A DNA stretch of 64,000 bases from an uncultured delta proteobacterium (GTDB lineage: Bacteria > Myxococcota_A > Polyangia > Polyangiales > Polyangiaceae): the NCBI GenBank assembly GCA_963841435.1, contig CAWJCS010000005.1, positions 96,001 through 160,000 on the forward strand, in the 5' to 3' direction. Positions within the stretch are counted from its first letter, which is position 1. Each line of letters starts with the position of its first letter. The notes beneath the pieces are model-generated. The model searched no databases, was not told the DNA's origin, and saw only the letters and a program-made list of their open reading frames with translations. The translations under genes and the position numbers were made by a program. Positions 63,786 through 64,000 of the stretch are shown piece after piece.

Positions 63786-64000
63786 TGCACGAGACTCTGC
63801 ACGAAGTCCACGAGGGCCTGATTGCCGGCCGTCGCAGTCACCCCCTGGGGTAGCTTCTTCGCGAACCACGTCACGTTGTAGGCCAGGCTCTGGCCCGTCG
63901 CCACCGGCTGGTAGGCCCCCTGCTCCTCGACCTCCATGTACGGATTGTCCGTGGCGACGTAGAGCTGGATCTCGGCCTCGCCCGTCGCCGCCTGGCTCTG
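63782..64000 (-). CDS. 3' end of a gene not in the ORF track (DUF4380-like)
   Basis: Open frame from the window edge: QSQAATGEAEIQLYVATDNPYMEVEEQGAYQPVATGQSLAYNVTWFAKKLP...VQ*, whose stop overlaps the next GTG. Confidence 0.65.
   Translation of the reverse strand, partial: QSQAATGEAEIQLYVATDNPYMEVEEQGAYQPVATGQSLAYNVTWFAKKLPQGVTATAGNQALVDFVQSLVQ

Overview
High-GC myxobacterial DNA, most consistent with Polyangiales/Polyangiaceae (inferred from the Ser/Thr kinase-GAF-sigma54 activator, Gly-rich tethered lipoproteins, DUF1592/DUF1552 pairs and pilMNOPQ). About eight genes carry 1-2 nt insertions that look like long-read errors. Layout: (1) 0.8-9.5 kb, a beta-barrel porin, a 13-heme cytochrome c, a small acidic protein, a monoheme lipoprotein and a kinase-bEBP, resembling a porin-cytochrome conduit. 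(2) 10-33 kb, a plant-cell-wall-associated island with two tethered esterases, a XylR-type regulator, two near-identical ECF sigma/FecR-TPR pairs, an orphan sigma54-driven ECF and three DUF1592/DUF1552 pairs. (3) 33-42 kb, a pobA plus protocatechuate 4,5-cleavage (lig/pmd) operon of Comamonadaceae type; ligU is missing and a signal-less ModA-fold gene heads the operon. (4) 43-47 kb, a third ECF/FecR-TPR/barrel/lipoprotein cassette with a repeated candidate promoter. (5) pilMNOP and pilQ, split by an antisense CBM10x3/expansin-like lipoprotein gene. (6) A FliA/WhiG-type sigma, gdhA, cdsA, a TetR/DUF4188 pair with twin operators, a bEBP remnant and a NAGS-like gene. Best candidates for undescribed systems: the ECF/FecR-TPR/small-barrel cassette without a TonB receptor, its DUF1592/DUF1552 targets, and the porin-multiheme cluster. 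No rRNA, tRNA, CRISPR or IS element was seen. Family assignments come from motif recognition by eye, not from database searches.
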